Shown in pieces: positions 29,393-39,300 of a stretch of 64,000 nucleotides of DNA. The stretch is from Flavobacteriales bacterium. GTDB taxonomy: Bacteria; Bacteroidota; Bacteroidia; Flavobacteriales_D; Sanyastnellaceae. The position numbers were made by a program, and so were the translations under genes. Position 1 is the stretch's first letter, and each line of letters opens with the position of its first letter. Under the pieces are notes generated by a model. It saw only the letters and a list, made by a program, of their open reading frames with translations. It ran no database searches and had not been told where the DNA came from. Where the stretch lies: contig JBDQOI010000012.1 in NCBI GenBank assembly GCA_040261275.1, forward strand, positions 6,450-70,449. Reading direction: 5' to 3'.

Positions 29393-30679
29393 GTGTCACG
29401 CCAGCGCATCCGTCTGTTGATTCTAACCGGTCTCATTTCCATCGGTGGGACACTTGCGCTCCAGTTGACGTGGCTCCGACAGGCGGTGGATCTTCAGGAG
29501 CGCGAGTTCAGCGATCGCGTGGTCACGGCCATGACAGGGGTCGTGGAGAATATCCAATCCATGCGGGGAGACAGTGCCCTGGTTGAGCCTGTCCGGCAGG
29601 CTTCATCCAACTACTTCATTGCGAACATCAACGATACGCTGCATCCCTTTTTACTGGAGGCACTGCTCCGTGAGTCCTTCGAGGGCGCCTCGCTTTCCAC
29701 CGACTTTGAATACGCCATCTACGACTGTTTCAGCGACAGCATACTCTATGGAGGCCGTATGGGACACAGCACCGATGGGTCCACGCCCCGATTTGACCGG
29801 GACGGGCATTACTTCGGCATCCGATTTCCAGAAAGACGGGGTGAAATCCTGATGTCCCTTGACCGTTGGCTGATGGCGAGCCTGCTCCAATTGCTGGTCC
29901 TGGGGACCTTCGTCTACGCGGTGGTGATTGTATTGCGACAGAAAAGACTCTCGGAAGTCCGGGACGATTTCATCAACAATATGACCCACGAGTTCAAGAC
30001 CCCCATCGCCTCTATTGAATCGGGCGCCCAATTGCTGCGCCGCGATGAAATCGGGTCGGATACAGCCTCGCGTCACAAGTACCTCGATCTCATCCTGGCC
30101 GAAAACAAGCGCATGCAGCGACAGGTGGAAAAAGTGATGGAGATTGCCACATTGGATGGCAAAGTGCAGCGCCTTTCCAAGGAGCCGATTGATGTCAGAA
30201 GTTGGGTAGAGGAAAGTGTGGCGGCCTTCCGACCGTCCGTAGACTTGGCCCAAGGGCAGCTACAAATGACGGTGGATGAGAACAATGTGCCGGAGGACGG
30301 CCCAGCCGGATTGTTCGTCACGGGCGATCGCACCCACCTTGATGGGGTATTGAGCAATCTGCTCGACAATGCGCTTCAACACCGGGGTGAACACCCCCCG
30401 AAGCTGCATGTAGAACTCGGCTTCGACCCCACTCGAGGGGGACGATGCAGGGTGTCGGTCACCGACGGCGGCCCGGGCATTCCCGAGGAGCATCGAGAGC
30501 GCATTTTTGAAAGGTTCCACCGCGTGCCCTCCGGTGATCGTCACGATGTGAAAGGCTTCGGATTGGGGCTGCATTACGTCCGCACCATCGTGGAAGCACA
30601 TGGGGGGACGGTCGCCTGCAACGCCGCGCCCGGAGGAGGCAGCACATTCACGGTCCACCTCCCTGTGCTTTCGAAATGA
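29393..30679 (+). CDS. Sensor histidine kinase
   Basis: Two TM segments, an H-box (NMTHEFKTP) and N/G boxes (LLDNAL, GFGLGL). GTG start; overlaps the downstream response regulator. Confidence 0.88.
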   Translation: MSRQRIRLLILTGLISIGGTLALQLTWLRQAVDLQEREFSDRVVTAMTGVVENIQSMRGDSALVEPVRQASSNYFIANINDTLHPFLLEALLRESFEGASLSTDFEYAIYDCFSDSILYGGRMGHSTDGSTPRFDRDGHYFGIRFPERRGEILMSLDRWLMASLLQLLVLGTFVYAVVIVLRQKRLSEVRDDFINNMTHEFKTPIASIESGAQLLRRDEIGSDTASRHKYLDLILAENKRMQRQVEKVMEIATLDGKVQRLSKEPIDVRSWVEESVAAFRPSVDLAQGQLQMTVDENNVPEDGPAGLFVTGDRTHLDGVLSNLLDNALQHRGEHPPKLHVELGFDPTRGGRCRVSVTDGGPGIPEEHRERIFERFHRVPSGDRHDVKGFGLGLHYVRTIVEAHGGTVACNAAPGGGSTFTVHLPVLSK

Positions 30680-31374
30680 CCTCGCCTCCTCCTCATATCC
30701 TGATTGTGGAAGACGACCCGGCATTGGGACTGTTGCTTCATGACTTGCTGCGGCTTGAAGGGTTCAAGGCCACTTTGGTTCGCGACGGTAAGGAGGCGCT
30801 GCCCACGTTTCATTCGGGACGCTTTGACCTGGCCCTCTTGGACGTGATGTTGCCGGGAAGGGATGGATTCGAACTGACCTCCGACTTGAGAAAGGTGGCA
30901 CCGGGATTGCCCATTGTTCTCCTCACGGCCCGAGGGAGGGTTGAAGACCGTGTCCACGGATTGAAATGCGGGGCAGATGATTACGTCACAAAACCCTTCG
31001 ATAACGAAGAGCTTCTGTTGCGGATCCGCTCCGTTATGAAACGCAGCAGCGGCTCCATGACTACCCCGAGTACTCTCCAAATCGGACGCCTTTCTTTTGA
31101 CTCTGAGTCCTACGAATTGACCTCTCCCGATGGAAAGAAGCGACTGACTCCCAAAGAAGGAGACGTCCTGAAGATTCTCATGCAACGCGCCGGTCGTACC
31201 ACGGAGCGGGATCTCATTTGCAAAATCGTGTGGGGTGAATCGGGGTATTTCGTCGGGCGAAGTATGGACGTCTACATCACCCGCCTGCGCAAAATTCTCA
31301 AGGCAGACCCCGATGTTTCCTTGGAGACATTGCACGGTGTAGGGTTCAGGCTGGACGGGCCCGACGCATCGTAA
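30676..31374 (+). CDS. OmpR-family response regulator
   Basis: REC domain (ILIVEDD...DVMLPGRDG) plus a winged-helix C-terminus (VYITRLRKIL...TLHGVGFRL). ATGA overlap with the kinase gene. Confidence 0.92.
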   Translation: MTSPPPHILIVEDDPALGLLLHDLLRLEGFKATLVRDGKEALPTFHSGRFDLALLDVMLPGRDGFELTSDLRKVAPGLPIVLLTARGRVEDRVHGLKCGADDYVTKPFDNEELLLRIRSVMKRSSGSMTTPSTLQIGRLSFDSESYELTSPDGKKRLTPKEGDVLKILMQRAGRTTERDLICKIVWGESGYFVGRSMDVYITRLRKILKADPDVSLETLHGVGFRLDGPDAS

Positions 31375-31380
31375 AATCGA

Positions 31381-33378
31381 TCAAGGACAGACCAAACCGA
31401 AGAAGGACAGGACGTCCAAAATGTCAGAGACCCCAACCATGCCATCAAAATCGAGGTCTTGGGGACAATTGTTACCCTCATCCCATTCGCAGGAGCCATC
31501 GTCAAAGAAGGCATTGGCGTCGTAATTGACTGCTTCAGAAGAGGTGCAACCCACCCAAGGACCCGGGCCGCAGCGCTCGTCATCTTCCGCAAATGGGCTG
31601 AATGAGGGGTCATCGGGATGGGTGCAGCCGGGGCATGATGACGCAGGCAATCCGAAACAGGAGCGCTGCTCGTCCAGTGGCTCGACTACGGGCCAAAGCA
31701 GGGACAGCGACCGATCGACAGAATCGACCTCGGTGCCCGTTGCATAGTGATAGGTCCAATCTCCATTACCCAGCGAGAGTGTCGCTTTCCAGGTTCCAAA
31801 TCCACCGGGAACCATGGCGTATGGTGCTCCCTCCATAAAGATGATCATGCTCGATGGGGCCGGTGACAGCGTCGAAGCATCCACCCTGAAATCGACGAAA
31901 TATTGACACGAGCCATCGTCCACATCCGAAAAGGCGCAGGGGTCGAAATTCAGCGCCGCTGGATCCGAGCATCCAATGGGCGTGCCGGGGCTGGGCAAAA
32001 CGCCCGCACAACCGCAGTTCCCTTGTATCTGATCGCCAATGGTGCAGGGATTGCCATCGTTGCAAGGGTCTCCAGTCGAAAAGCAGAAATCATTCAAAAC
32101 GGCGTCGGAATCGAAGTTGCAAGCATCAGAATTTGTGCAGCCCTGAATGAGTGGAATCGTTTCAGCAGGCACTTTCCGCGCCCGATAGGAAAAGTGATTT
32201 TCAGGGAAATGAATTTGACCCAAGAGATTTCCAGCTACATCGTACTCAGAGACCATCCCTCCTCCACTCAACTCCGAGGAAGCCGTACCCCACCCGATGA
32301 GGGTGCCTCCGGAATCGAGGCGCTGGATGCTTCCCTGGGACGCGGCATAATGCCCATCGGGGTGGGGCCACTCTTGGACCTGTACGAGTGAACCGGCCTC
32401 CTCGTCAAGGACGTACTCCACTCCCCTTGAAACCATGGGCATCGCTCCCGTTGCATTGTCAAATAGCAAGAGGTGGTTATTGGGCAGCAAATGCGCATCA
32501 TGGGGATGCCGAAACGCGTTCAGCGGATCGTCGAAAGCAAAATCCGACATCGGTCCACCCGCAACCCAAACCAATTCTCCGGTCAATCGATTGATGCGGA
32601 CAACAGCATCCATATTCCTGAGGCAGAGGAGAACATCTCCGTTTTCCAGCGTCTGGAAGGCGTTGTGATGATAAGCATCGAGGAGCGATGCATTCCAGTT
32701 GCAGTGGGTGCACCAAGTAGGGGGAATGTGATCAGAAGCCCGCCAGAACCACAGGATGTTTCCGAGGGCATCCTGTTCCTGAATCAAGCAATCAATCAAG
32801 GAGCGAGTTGAGTCTTGTGGGTCGGGTAAACTGTCCGCCAGCGTGACCGTAACGATTTCCTTTCCGAGCAACAAGCGGTGGCCATCCTCAAGCAACTCCA
32901 AGTCGTGATAGTCCGCTTCGGCTCCTAAAAATTCAATGGGCTCAAGAACTTGAAAGGAGCTATCCAGCTTTTCCCAAACACCGGTCAGGGTGGAAAACCA
33001 GGCCAGACTCCCATCGGGATGATGGTCGAAATTGAAACCTCGGAACGGGTTCAACTCATTGAGCAGAACTGTCCCGTCCTGCGCCACTACAATGGGATAG
33101 GTCTCGTTGGAACTGAACCGAGGGGATGCAATGATTTCGCCGGCTGTGAACTGAACGCCCGGCTCAAAAATGACTTCCATCGAAAGTCCCGAATTGACTT
33201 GAGACATCAATAAAGCCGGCATCACGGTGACCACGAGTACGGGTAACATCCCACGAAGAAATGCGCACAAAAAATACTTTACCCCCGCTCGAAACTGTTC
33301 TAAGGGTGCACCTTGCCGCAAACACTGGGCAATGGAAAGTAGGGGGGTTGGCAGCATTGGGTTTTTTGTGTAACTCAC
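31381..33378 (-). CDS. Arylsulfotransferase (ASST)-like beta-propeller protein with a cysteine-minimotif/dockerin-like tail
   Basis: 665 aa; N-terminal TM/signal. The central region (LENGDVLLCLRNMDAVVRINRLTGELVW, HPHDAHLL) resembles the ASST family. The C-terminal ~250 aa carry GCTNSDACNFDSDA-type motifs and end in CPQDLDFDGMVGVSDILDVLSFFGLVCP. Confidence 0.6.
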   Translation of the reverse strand: MSYTKNPMLPTPLLSIAQCLRQGAPLEQFRAGVKYFLCAFLRGMLPVLVVTVMPALLMSQVNSGLSMEVIFEPGVQFTAGEIIASPRFSSNETYPIVVAQDGTVLLNELNPFRGFNFDHHPDGSLAWFSTLTGVWEKLDSSFQVLEPIEFLGAEADYHDLELLEDGHRLLLGKEIVTVTLADSLPDPQDSTRSLIDCLIQEQDALGNILWFWRASDHIPPTWCTHCNWNASLLDAYHHNAFQTLENGDVLLCLRNMDAVVRINRLTGELVWVAGGPMSDFAFDDPLNAFRHPHDAHLLPNNHLLLFDNATGAMPMVSRGVEYVLDEEAGSLVQVQEWPHPDGHYAASQGSIQRLDSGGTLIGWGTASSELSGGGMVSEYDVAGNLLGQIHFPENHFSYRARKVPAETIPLIQGCTNSDACNFDSDAVLNDFCFSTGDPCNDGNPCTIGDQIQGNCGCAGVLPSPGTPIGCSDPAALNFDPCAFSDVDDGSCQYFVDFRVDASTLSPAPSSMIIFMEGAPYAMVPGGFGTWKATLSLGNGDWTYHYATGTEVDSVDRSLSLLWPVVEPLDEQRSCFGLPASSCPGCTHPDDPSFSPFAEDDERCGPGPWVGCTSSEAVNYDANAFFDDGSCEWDEGNNCPQDLDFDGMVGVSDILDVLSFFGLVCP
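31384..31467 (-). other. C-terminal cysteine-bracketed dockerin-like EF-hand repeat (single copy)
   Basis: CPQDLDFDGMVGVSDILDVLSFFGLVCP is the last 28 aa. DxDxDG Ca-loop plus a hydrophobic helix, flanked by Cys. Confidence 0.6.
31468..32142 (-). repeat. Degenerate GCTDxxACN[YF] minimotif region in the ASST-like protein
   Basis: GCTNSDACNFDSDAVLNDFC, GCSDPAALNFDPCAFSDVDDGSC, GCTHPDDPSFSPFAEDDERC and GCTSSEAVNYDANAFFDDGSC. Confidence 0.6.
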
Positions 33379-33408
33379 ATCTAAAATACGGAATTAACTC
33401 CACTAATC

Positions 33409-33975
33409 ATGTTTTTTAATCGCTCAAAAATATTCCGCGTCTTTTGTTTGGCCGTGATGGGTTGGCTCATGGCTGGCGGCGGCTTCGGCGAAATGAATCG
33501 CGTCCATGCCCAAATGGGAAAAACGGCATTGGACCGATTTGATGTGGTCAATGTGGGATTGGGAATGAGCAATCGGGGGTTGCCGATTTTCATCGAGCTC
33601 GAGCAGAGTTTGGACGACCATATCTCTGCAGGATTGCTCGCGAGCTACCGCAGCTATCGGGAAGGGGGAGCTTCCGGAACCTGGCAGCACCAGTTTGTCG
33701 GAATTGGGGCCCAGGGCCATTACCACTTCACTGAAATTGTCCCGCCGCCCTTCGACTTTTTTGCAGGCCTGACCCTCGCGTGGTACACGCACAACTTCCG
33801 TTGGGTCGGAGGAGCTGTGGAACCCTTCAGTTACACCGGAAATGTCGTTGGAGGGCTTCAATTGGCGGCTCATTTGGGAGGCCGATACACCTACAAGGAC
33901 TGGACTTTCTTCACTCAACTGACGGGGGGCTCGCTGTTGAGTGGATACACATTCGGCCTTTCCATCCCCCTGTGA
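33409..33975 (+). CDS. Hypothetical outer-membrane beta-barrel-like protein
   Basis: 188 aa; signal-like N-terminus and alternating aromatic/glycine-rich strands (GRYTYKDWTFFTQLTGG...YTFGLSIPL). Confidence 0.45.
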   Translation: MFFNRSKIFRVFCLAVMGWLMAGGGFGEMNRVHAQMGKTALDRFDVVNVGLGMSNRGLPIFIELEQSLDDHISAGLLASYRSYREGGASGTWQHQFVGIGAQGHYHFTEIVPPPFDFFAGLTLAWYTHNFRWVGGAVEPFSYTGNVVGGLQLAAHLGGRYTYKDWTFFTQLTGGSLLSGYTFGLSIPL

Positions 33976-34739
33976 TGAGGCCCTTCTCCGCCATGTTCCT
34001 GGCCTTGGTTCTCCTGGGGCATTTCAGAGCAGAAGGCCAATCCCAAGAAGTGAAACCCAAGGTTTGGTCGCCAGGATATCAAGCGGCTATCCATGTTGGC
34101 GGGCAGGTTCCCGCAGGTCCATTGGCCAATCGTTTCGGCCCTTCGAACACCGTGGGACTGTCAGCTTACCGCATAGCGGAATCGGGGTGGAGATGGGGGT
34201 GCCATTATCGGTTCCAGACCGGATCAGAAGTTCGGGAGCCCGGGCTGCTCGGAAATTTGACGGACCCCAGCGGTTTGTTGGTGGACAACGAAGGGCGCAT
34301 CGCCCTGGTCACCCCACAGCAAAGGGGCACGGTGTTGGCGTTTTCCGTGGGTCGCCTGCTCACGGCCAGTGCATTCCGCGAAGGTTCAGGATGGCTGGCC
34401 GAATTGGCTTTCGGGTTTTGGGAGCACAAGGTGCATTTTCAGAATCGAGGGAATCGAATTACCCAATTGGAGGAGCCCTATCTCGCTGGATATGACCGAC
34501 TTACTGGCGGGTGGATGATCGCACCGCGCTTTGGTTATTCTCACGATGCGCGCAACGGGCTTGTGCGTTTCCAGGCGGGTTTGGAGGCCATGTTTGGTCG
34601 ATTGCAACCCAACCGAACTTGGAATGTGGACACCATGACGACGGATGCTGGCCCTCGAGCGGACCGAACCGTGGGCCTGTTTGCAGCTTGGATTTTGAGG
34701 TTGAAGGCCCGATCGACGGAAGTGGATTACTATCACTGA
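33975..34739 (+). CDS. Hypothetical secreted/outer-membrane protein
   Basis: 254 aa from MRPFSAMFLALVLLGHFRAEGQ (signal peptide). The start overlaps the upstream stop (TGATG). The longer track ORF from 33780 was trimmed. Confidence 0.45.
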   Translation: MRPFSAMFLALVLLGHFRAEGQSQEVKPKVWSPGYQAAIHVGGQVPAGPLANRFGPSNTVGLSAYRIAESGWRWGCHYRFQTGSEVREPGLLGNLTDPSGLLVDNEGRIALVTPQQRGTVLAFSVGRLLTASAFREGSGWLAELAFGFWEHKVHFQNRGNRITQLEEPYLAGYDRLTGGWMIAPRFGYSHDARNGLVRFQAGLEAMFGRLQPNRTWNVDTMTTDAGPRADRTVGLFAAWILRLKARSTEVDYYH

Positions 34740-34764
34740 CTCCATCCCCAACAAACCGAAGACT

Positions 34765-36030
34765 TTGCTCCTTTACCGTTTCGTCCTTCTCCTGCTGCGC
34801 TTGGGGCTTCTCGTCGCAGGGTTGTTCGGGGTGCGCAAGGCGCGCAAAGCGATCCAAGGGCGCAGAGGTTGGTCAAAACGATGGGCATCCGCAGATGTCA
34901 AAGCCCGTCAGAACGGCCGCAAAGGGAGCTGGATCCACCTCCACTGCGCGTCTTTGGGTGAGTTTGAGCAAGGGGCGGAAGTCATGGCCGCATTGCGAAG
35001 ACACCAGCCTCAACGCCCCATTTTGCTCACGTTCTTCTCGCCCTCTGGTGTGGAGGGTGCATTTGCTCCCGAAGCCGACCACGTGGACTACCTGCCCTTC
35101 GATTCTGGCCCCGCCATGAGGCGGTTTGCATCCACAGTCGAAATTGGGGATTCCATCCTGGTGAAATATGAATTATGGCCGGGGCTCATCCAAGCCCTGC
35201 ACCGATCCGGAACCCGGGTTCACTTGGTTGCGGCTCGCTTCGATCATGGTAAGCACCCTTTGAATGCTTCTGGCTTTTTGGTGCGCTCCGCCATGCGCCA
35301 ATTGACCACCCTGCAAACCCAGGATATTGCTTCGCGGGATGTCCTTTCTGACTGGGGCTTCGATTCCCTGATGACCGGCGACCCCAGGGTCGATCGGGTT
35401 CAGCAGACCCGACGGATAGAACCGCCTGGCGAGGTAGCCACCGCGCTGACGGCCATGCAAGAATGGGCCAACGGGAGGCGGGTGATCGTGGTGGGCAGTG
35501 CTTGGCCACCAGAATGGGAATGTCTCCAAGCCATACTCGACGGACACCCGGAGTGGTGCGCATGGGTAGCGCCTCACGAAGTGGATGCTGCCCACGCCCG
35601 CCAATGGGGACGGACGGAGGGCACCACGACTTTGACAGCGCTGGAAAACCCCGAAATCGCAGCACCCGCTGGAAAGGTGTTGATCATGGATCGTATCGGC
35701 ATCCTCAAATTCGCCTACAGGCGGGGCCAGTTTGCCATCGTGGGCGGAGGATGGGGCAAGGGCGTTCACAATACGCTGGAGCCTGCCGCATTTGGACTGC
35801 CCGTTCTCTTTGGCCCAGCCATCGGCGGTTTCCGGGAAATCGATGCCCTGATGGAGGTGGGCGCCGCCCGGATGTGCGCAAACCGTGGCGAATTGACAGC
35901 GCATGCCCGACACTGGATGGAGGATGATGTGAAACTCCAGCATTCCGGTAACGCGGCTCGAACCTGGGTCGATGAGCAATCAGGCGCTGCTGAACGCATT
36001 GTGAAGGAGGTTCTCCGGCACATTCAATAG
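34765..36030 (+). CDS. waaA: 3-deoxy-D-manno-octulosonic acid (Kdo) transferase
   Basis: 421 aa; N-terminal TM, HCASLGEFEQG and GGSW..GVHNTLEPAAFG motifs typical of KdtA/WaaA. TTG start. Confidence 0.85.
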   Translation: MLLYRFVLLLLRLGLLVAGLFGVRKARKAIQGRRGWSKRWASADVKARQNGRKGSWIHLHCASLGEFEQGAEVMAALRRHQPQRPILLTFFSPSGVEGAFAPEADHVDYLPFDSGPAMRRFASTVEIGDSILVKYELWPGLIQALHRSGTRVHLVAARFDHGKHPLNASGFLVRSAMRQLTTLQTQDIASRDVLSDWGFDSLMTGDPRVDRVQQTRRIEPPGEVATALTAMQEWANGRRVIVVGSAWPPEWECLQAILDGHPEWCAWVAPHEVDAAHARQWGRTEGTTTLTALENPEIAAPAGKVLIMDRIGILKFAYRRGQFAIVGGGWGKGVHNTLEPAAFGLPVLFGPAIGGFREIDALMEVGAARMCANRGELTAHARHWMEDDVKLQHSGNAARTWVDEQSGAAERIVKEVLRHIQ

Positions 36031-36045
36031 CGCGCAGAGCAAATG

Positions 36046-36074
36046 AAAAAGGCATCCGAAATGGATGCCTTTTC
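36046..36074. terminator. Rho-independent terminator (bidirectional look)
   Basis: AAAAA-GGCATCC-gaaat-GGATGCC-TTTTC, between waaA and the 3-prime end of tRNA-Gly. Confidence 0.75.
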
Positions 36075-36076
36075 TG

Positions 36077-36149
36077 AGCGAGAAACGAGACTCGAACTCG
36101 CGACCCCAACCTTGGCAAGGTTGTGCTCTACCAACTGAGCTATTCTCGC
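36077..36149 (-). tRNA. tRNA-Gly (anticodon GCC)
   Basis: The reverse complement GCGAGAATAGCTCAGTTGGTAGAGCACAACCTTGCCAAGGTTGGGGTCGCGAGTTCGAGTCTCGTTTCTCGCT folds as a cloverleaf: 7-bp acceptor stem, anticodon loop TTGCCAA, GTTCGAGTC T-arm. Confidence 0.92.
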
Positions 36150-36304
36150 TTGGGTCGGCGAATTTACACCAAAACTCGGTCCCGCCAATGCGAGCGAAAA
36201 CAAATCGACAAAACGTGCAACGATATAATAACACCCCTCGTTCTCATTTCACGTTGCATCTTGTAGGACCATTCCGTCAAACTGCCGCAATCCTCAACCA
36301 AACC

Positions 36305-39300
36305 ATGAGAACTGTATTTTTCTTGGCGTTCATCGCCGCTTTTACCCTCGACGGCTTCAGCCAAGTCAAATCAAACACCGCTCCGGCCGAGCGCAATTGT
36401 GCGGCCCACGAGATGCACGTCCAGATGATGGGACTGGATGCCGCCTATGCCAAACGGCACATGGACATGGAGCAACAAACCGCCGCGTTTGTGTCCGCAC
36501 GTCAAGAAGCCCGTGCGAACGGAGCACAGCAGCAACCGGTGGTCATCACCATACCCGTGGTATTCCATGTGATCTACGCCAACGAGACGCAGAACATTCC
36601 CGATTCGGAGCTCCTGGAGCAATTGCAAGTACTCAATGAAGATTTCCGACGCACCAACGCCGACCAGGACAACATCTGGCCGCAGGGAGCGGATACGGAA
36701 ATCGAGTTCTGCATGGCTACGCGGGACCCCAACGGAGCACCGAGCAGCGGCATCCTCCGCGTACCCACTACCGTGTCGAGCTTCGGTTCCAACGACGCCA
36801 TGAAGTTCACGGCCCAAGGAGGTTCGGATGCCTGGCCAGCGAGCGAATATTTGAATTACTGGGTGTGCAACCTCGGCGGTGGTCTCTTGGGATATGCTCA
36901 ATTTCCGGGAGGTCCCGCGGCAACGGACGGAGTGGTTTGCGGATACCCTTATGTCGGGTTGAACGGTCCCGGAGCCGGCGCCTACAACTTGGGCCGCACG
37001 GGAACGCACGAGGTCGGTCACTGGCTCAATCTCCGCCACATCTGGGGCGATGGCCCCTGTGGCTCGGACGACTTCGTGGCCGACACCCCTGAGTCGGACG
37101 GCGCCAACTACGGCTGTGCCCTCGGCCACATCAGCTGCTCCACGGAAGACATGGTCCAGAACTACATGGACTACTCCGATGACGGGTGCATGAACATCTT
37201 CACCCAAGGACAAGGCGATCGCATGCAAGCCGTCCTGGCTCCCGGAGGGGCACGCGCGAGCATTGCCACTTCCAACGGTTGCCTGCCTGCCGTCCCCGAC
37301 TTTGATCTCGACGCCGCCATCATTGCGGTCAATGAGCCCAGTGGCTTCTCATGCTCGACGGAAGTCACGCCTTCCATCACCCTCTTCAACTACGGAGGAA
37401 CAGTGCTGACTTCAGCCACCATTACCTACGACATCGACGGCGCCGGAGCCCAGACCTTTGCCTGGACAGGCTCCCTGGAGTTTGGCCAGAGTGAGGACAT
37501 CACTCTACCCGCCCAGACGCCCGGCGATGGCAGCCACGTCTTCAATGTGTCCGTTTCCGCTCCTAACGGAGGCGTTGACGAGAACAGTGCCAATGATTCC
37601 GGTAGCAGCGACTTTGCATTGGATTCCCAAGGCGTAGACGTCACCATGACCCTCACCTTGGACAATTACCCGGGTGAAACCACATGGGAGCTGGCGGATG
37701 CAGCTGGAACGGTGGTCTTTTCTGGTGGACCTTACGCCGGTTCAGGCGTGGTCGTGGAGACCGGTTGTGTGGCAGAAGGCTGCTACACCTTAACCGTTTA
37801 CGACAGCTTTGGCGACGGCATGTGCTGTGCCTACGGAACAGGAGGTTATGAATTCGGCATCGGTGGATTGGTGCTGGCCTCGGGAGGCGAATTCGGCTCC
37901 AGTGAATCCACAGACGTCTGTGTAGGCGATGTCGTACTCGGCTGCACCGACGCCACCGCTTGCAACTACAATCCAGACGCCATCGCGGACGACGGTACTT
38001 GTGATTTCAGCTGCCTCGGCTGCACCGACTCCACCTTCTGCAACTTCAACCCCGACGCTACTGTAGACGATGGAAGCTGCGCGAACGAGGACATCTGTGG
38101 TGTGTGTGCCGGAGACGGATCCAGCTGCTCGGGTTGCACCGACAGCACTGCCTGCAACTACGACGACGAAGCCACCTTTGACGATGGCACTTGCTATTTC
38201 GCTCCTCCTGGAGGCGTATGCGACTGCTTCACCGATCTCTCCATTACCGAGAGTCTTGCCGGTGGTGTAGCTGGCACGCCTGTCACCTTTGAAGGCAGCG
38301 GTGAGGTCACTGGTTTCGATATCACCCTCGACTACACGAGCAGTGCCGGCAGCTGGGCAGCAGATATGCTTGTGGTCATCACATCACCCAACGGAGATTG
38401 CATCGAGTTTGGAGGGTTCACAAGCACCGTCACTGCAGGATGCACAGATTTGGGAGGTTACACCCTTTGGCCCGCAGGTTGGGCAGTGGATGCCAGTGGC
38501 GTTTACACCGCTTCCATCGACTTGAGTGCTTCCGGATTGACCGGAGACGGGACTTGGAGTGTACAACTTTGGAATGGCTATGCCGCTGGTGGAACGGTGA
38601 CATATATCGCGGACATCACCGTTCAGGATGTCTGCATCGGCGGTGTGATCAATGGCTGCACCGACCCGACGGCATGCAACTATGATGCGGACGCCACGGC
38701 CGACGACGGCTCCTGTGCGGACTTTGACCTCTGCGGCATCTGCGCCGGAGACAACAGTACCTGCGGGGGCTGCACGGACAGCACAGCCTGCAACTTCGAT
38801 CCGGCCGTAATCATTGATGACGGCTCCTGCGCAGACTTCGACCTTTGCGGCGTGTGTGCTGGAGACAACAGCACCTGCGGTGGTTGCACGGACAGTACCG
38901 CCTGCAACTTCGATCCGGCCGCGATTGTGGATGACGGATCCTGTATTCTGGATGGCCTGCCCTTCTCTTTAAGCATCCTGCTGGACAATTTTCCCGGTGA
39001 AACGACTTGGAGCCTCACCGATAGCTTAGGTGCATCGATTGCCTCCGGCGGTCCATATGCCGGAGCGGGAACCACTGTTGTGGAGAACTTCTGCGCACCG
39101 GAAGGGTGCTACACCTTGACCATGTTCGACAGCTTCGGCGACGGCATTTGCTGCTCCTATGGAATCGGCAGCTACGAACTGACGGCGGACGGAGGTGTCG
39201 TCGCTTCCGGAGGTGAATACGGGGCTCAAGAGGCCACCTCCTTCTGTGTGGGCGGAGACTTCGGCTGCACGGATGCAACGGCCTGCAACTATGATCCGGA

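Noticed and set aside
36065-36304. N-terminal 80-aa extension of the M43 protease ORF
   Set aside because: It reads straight through tRNA-Gly on the opposite strand. A canonical signal peptide begins at the ATG at 36305.
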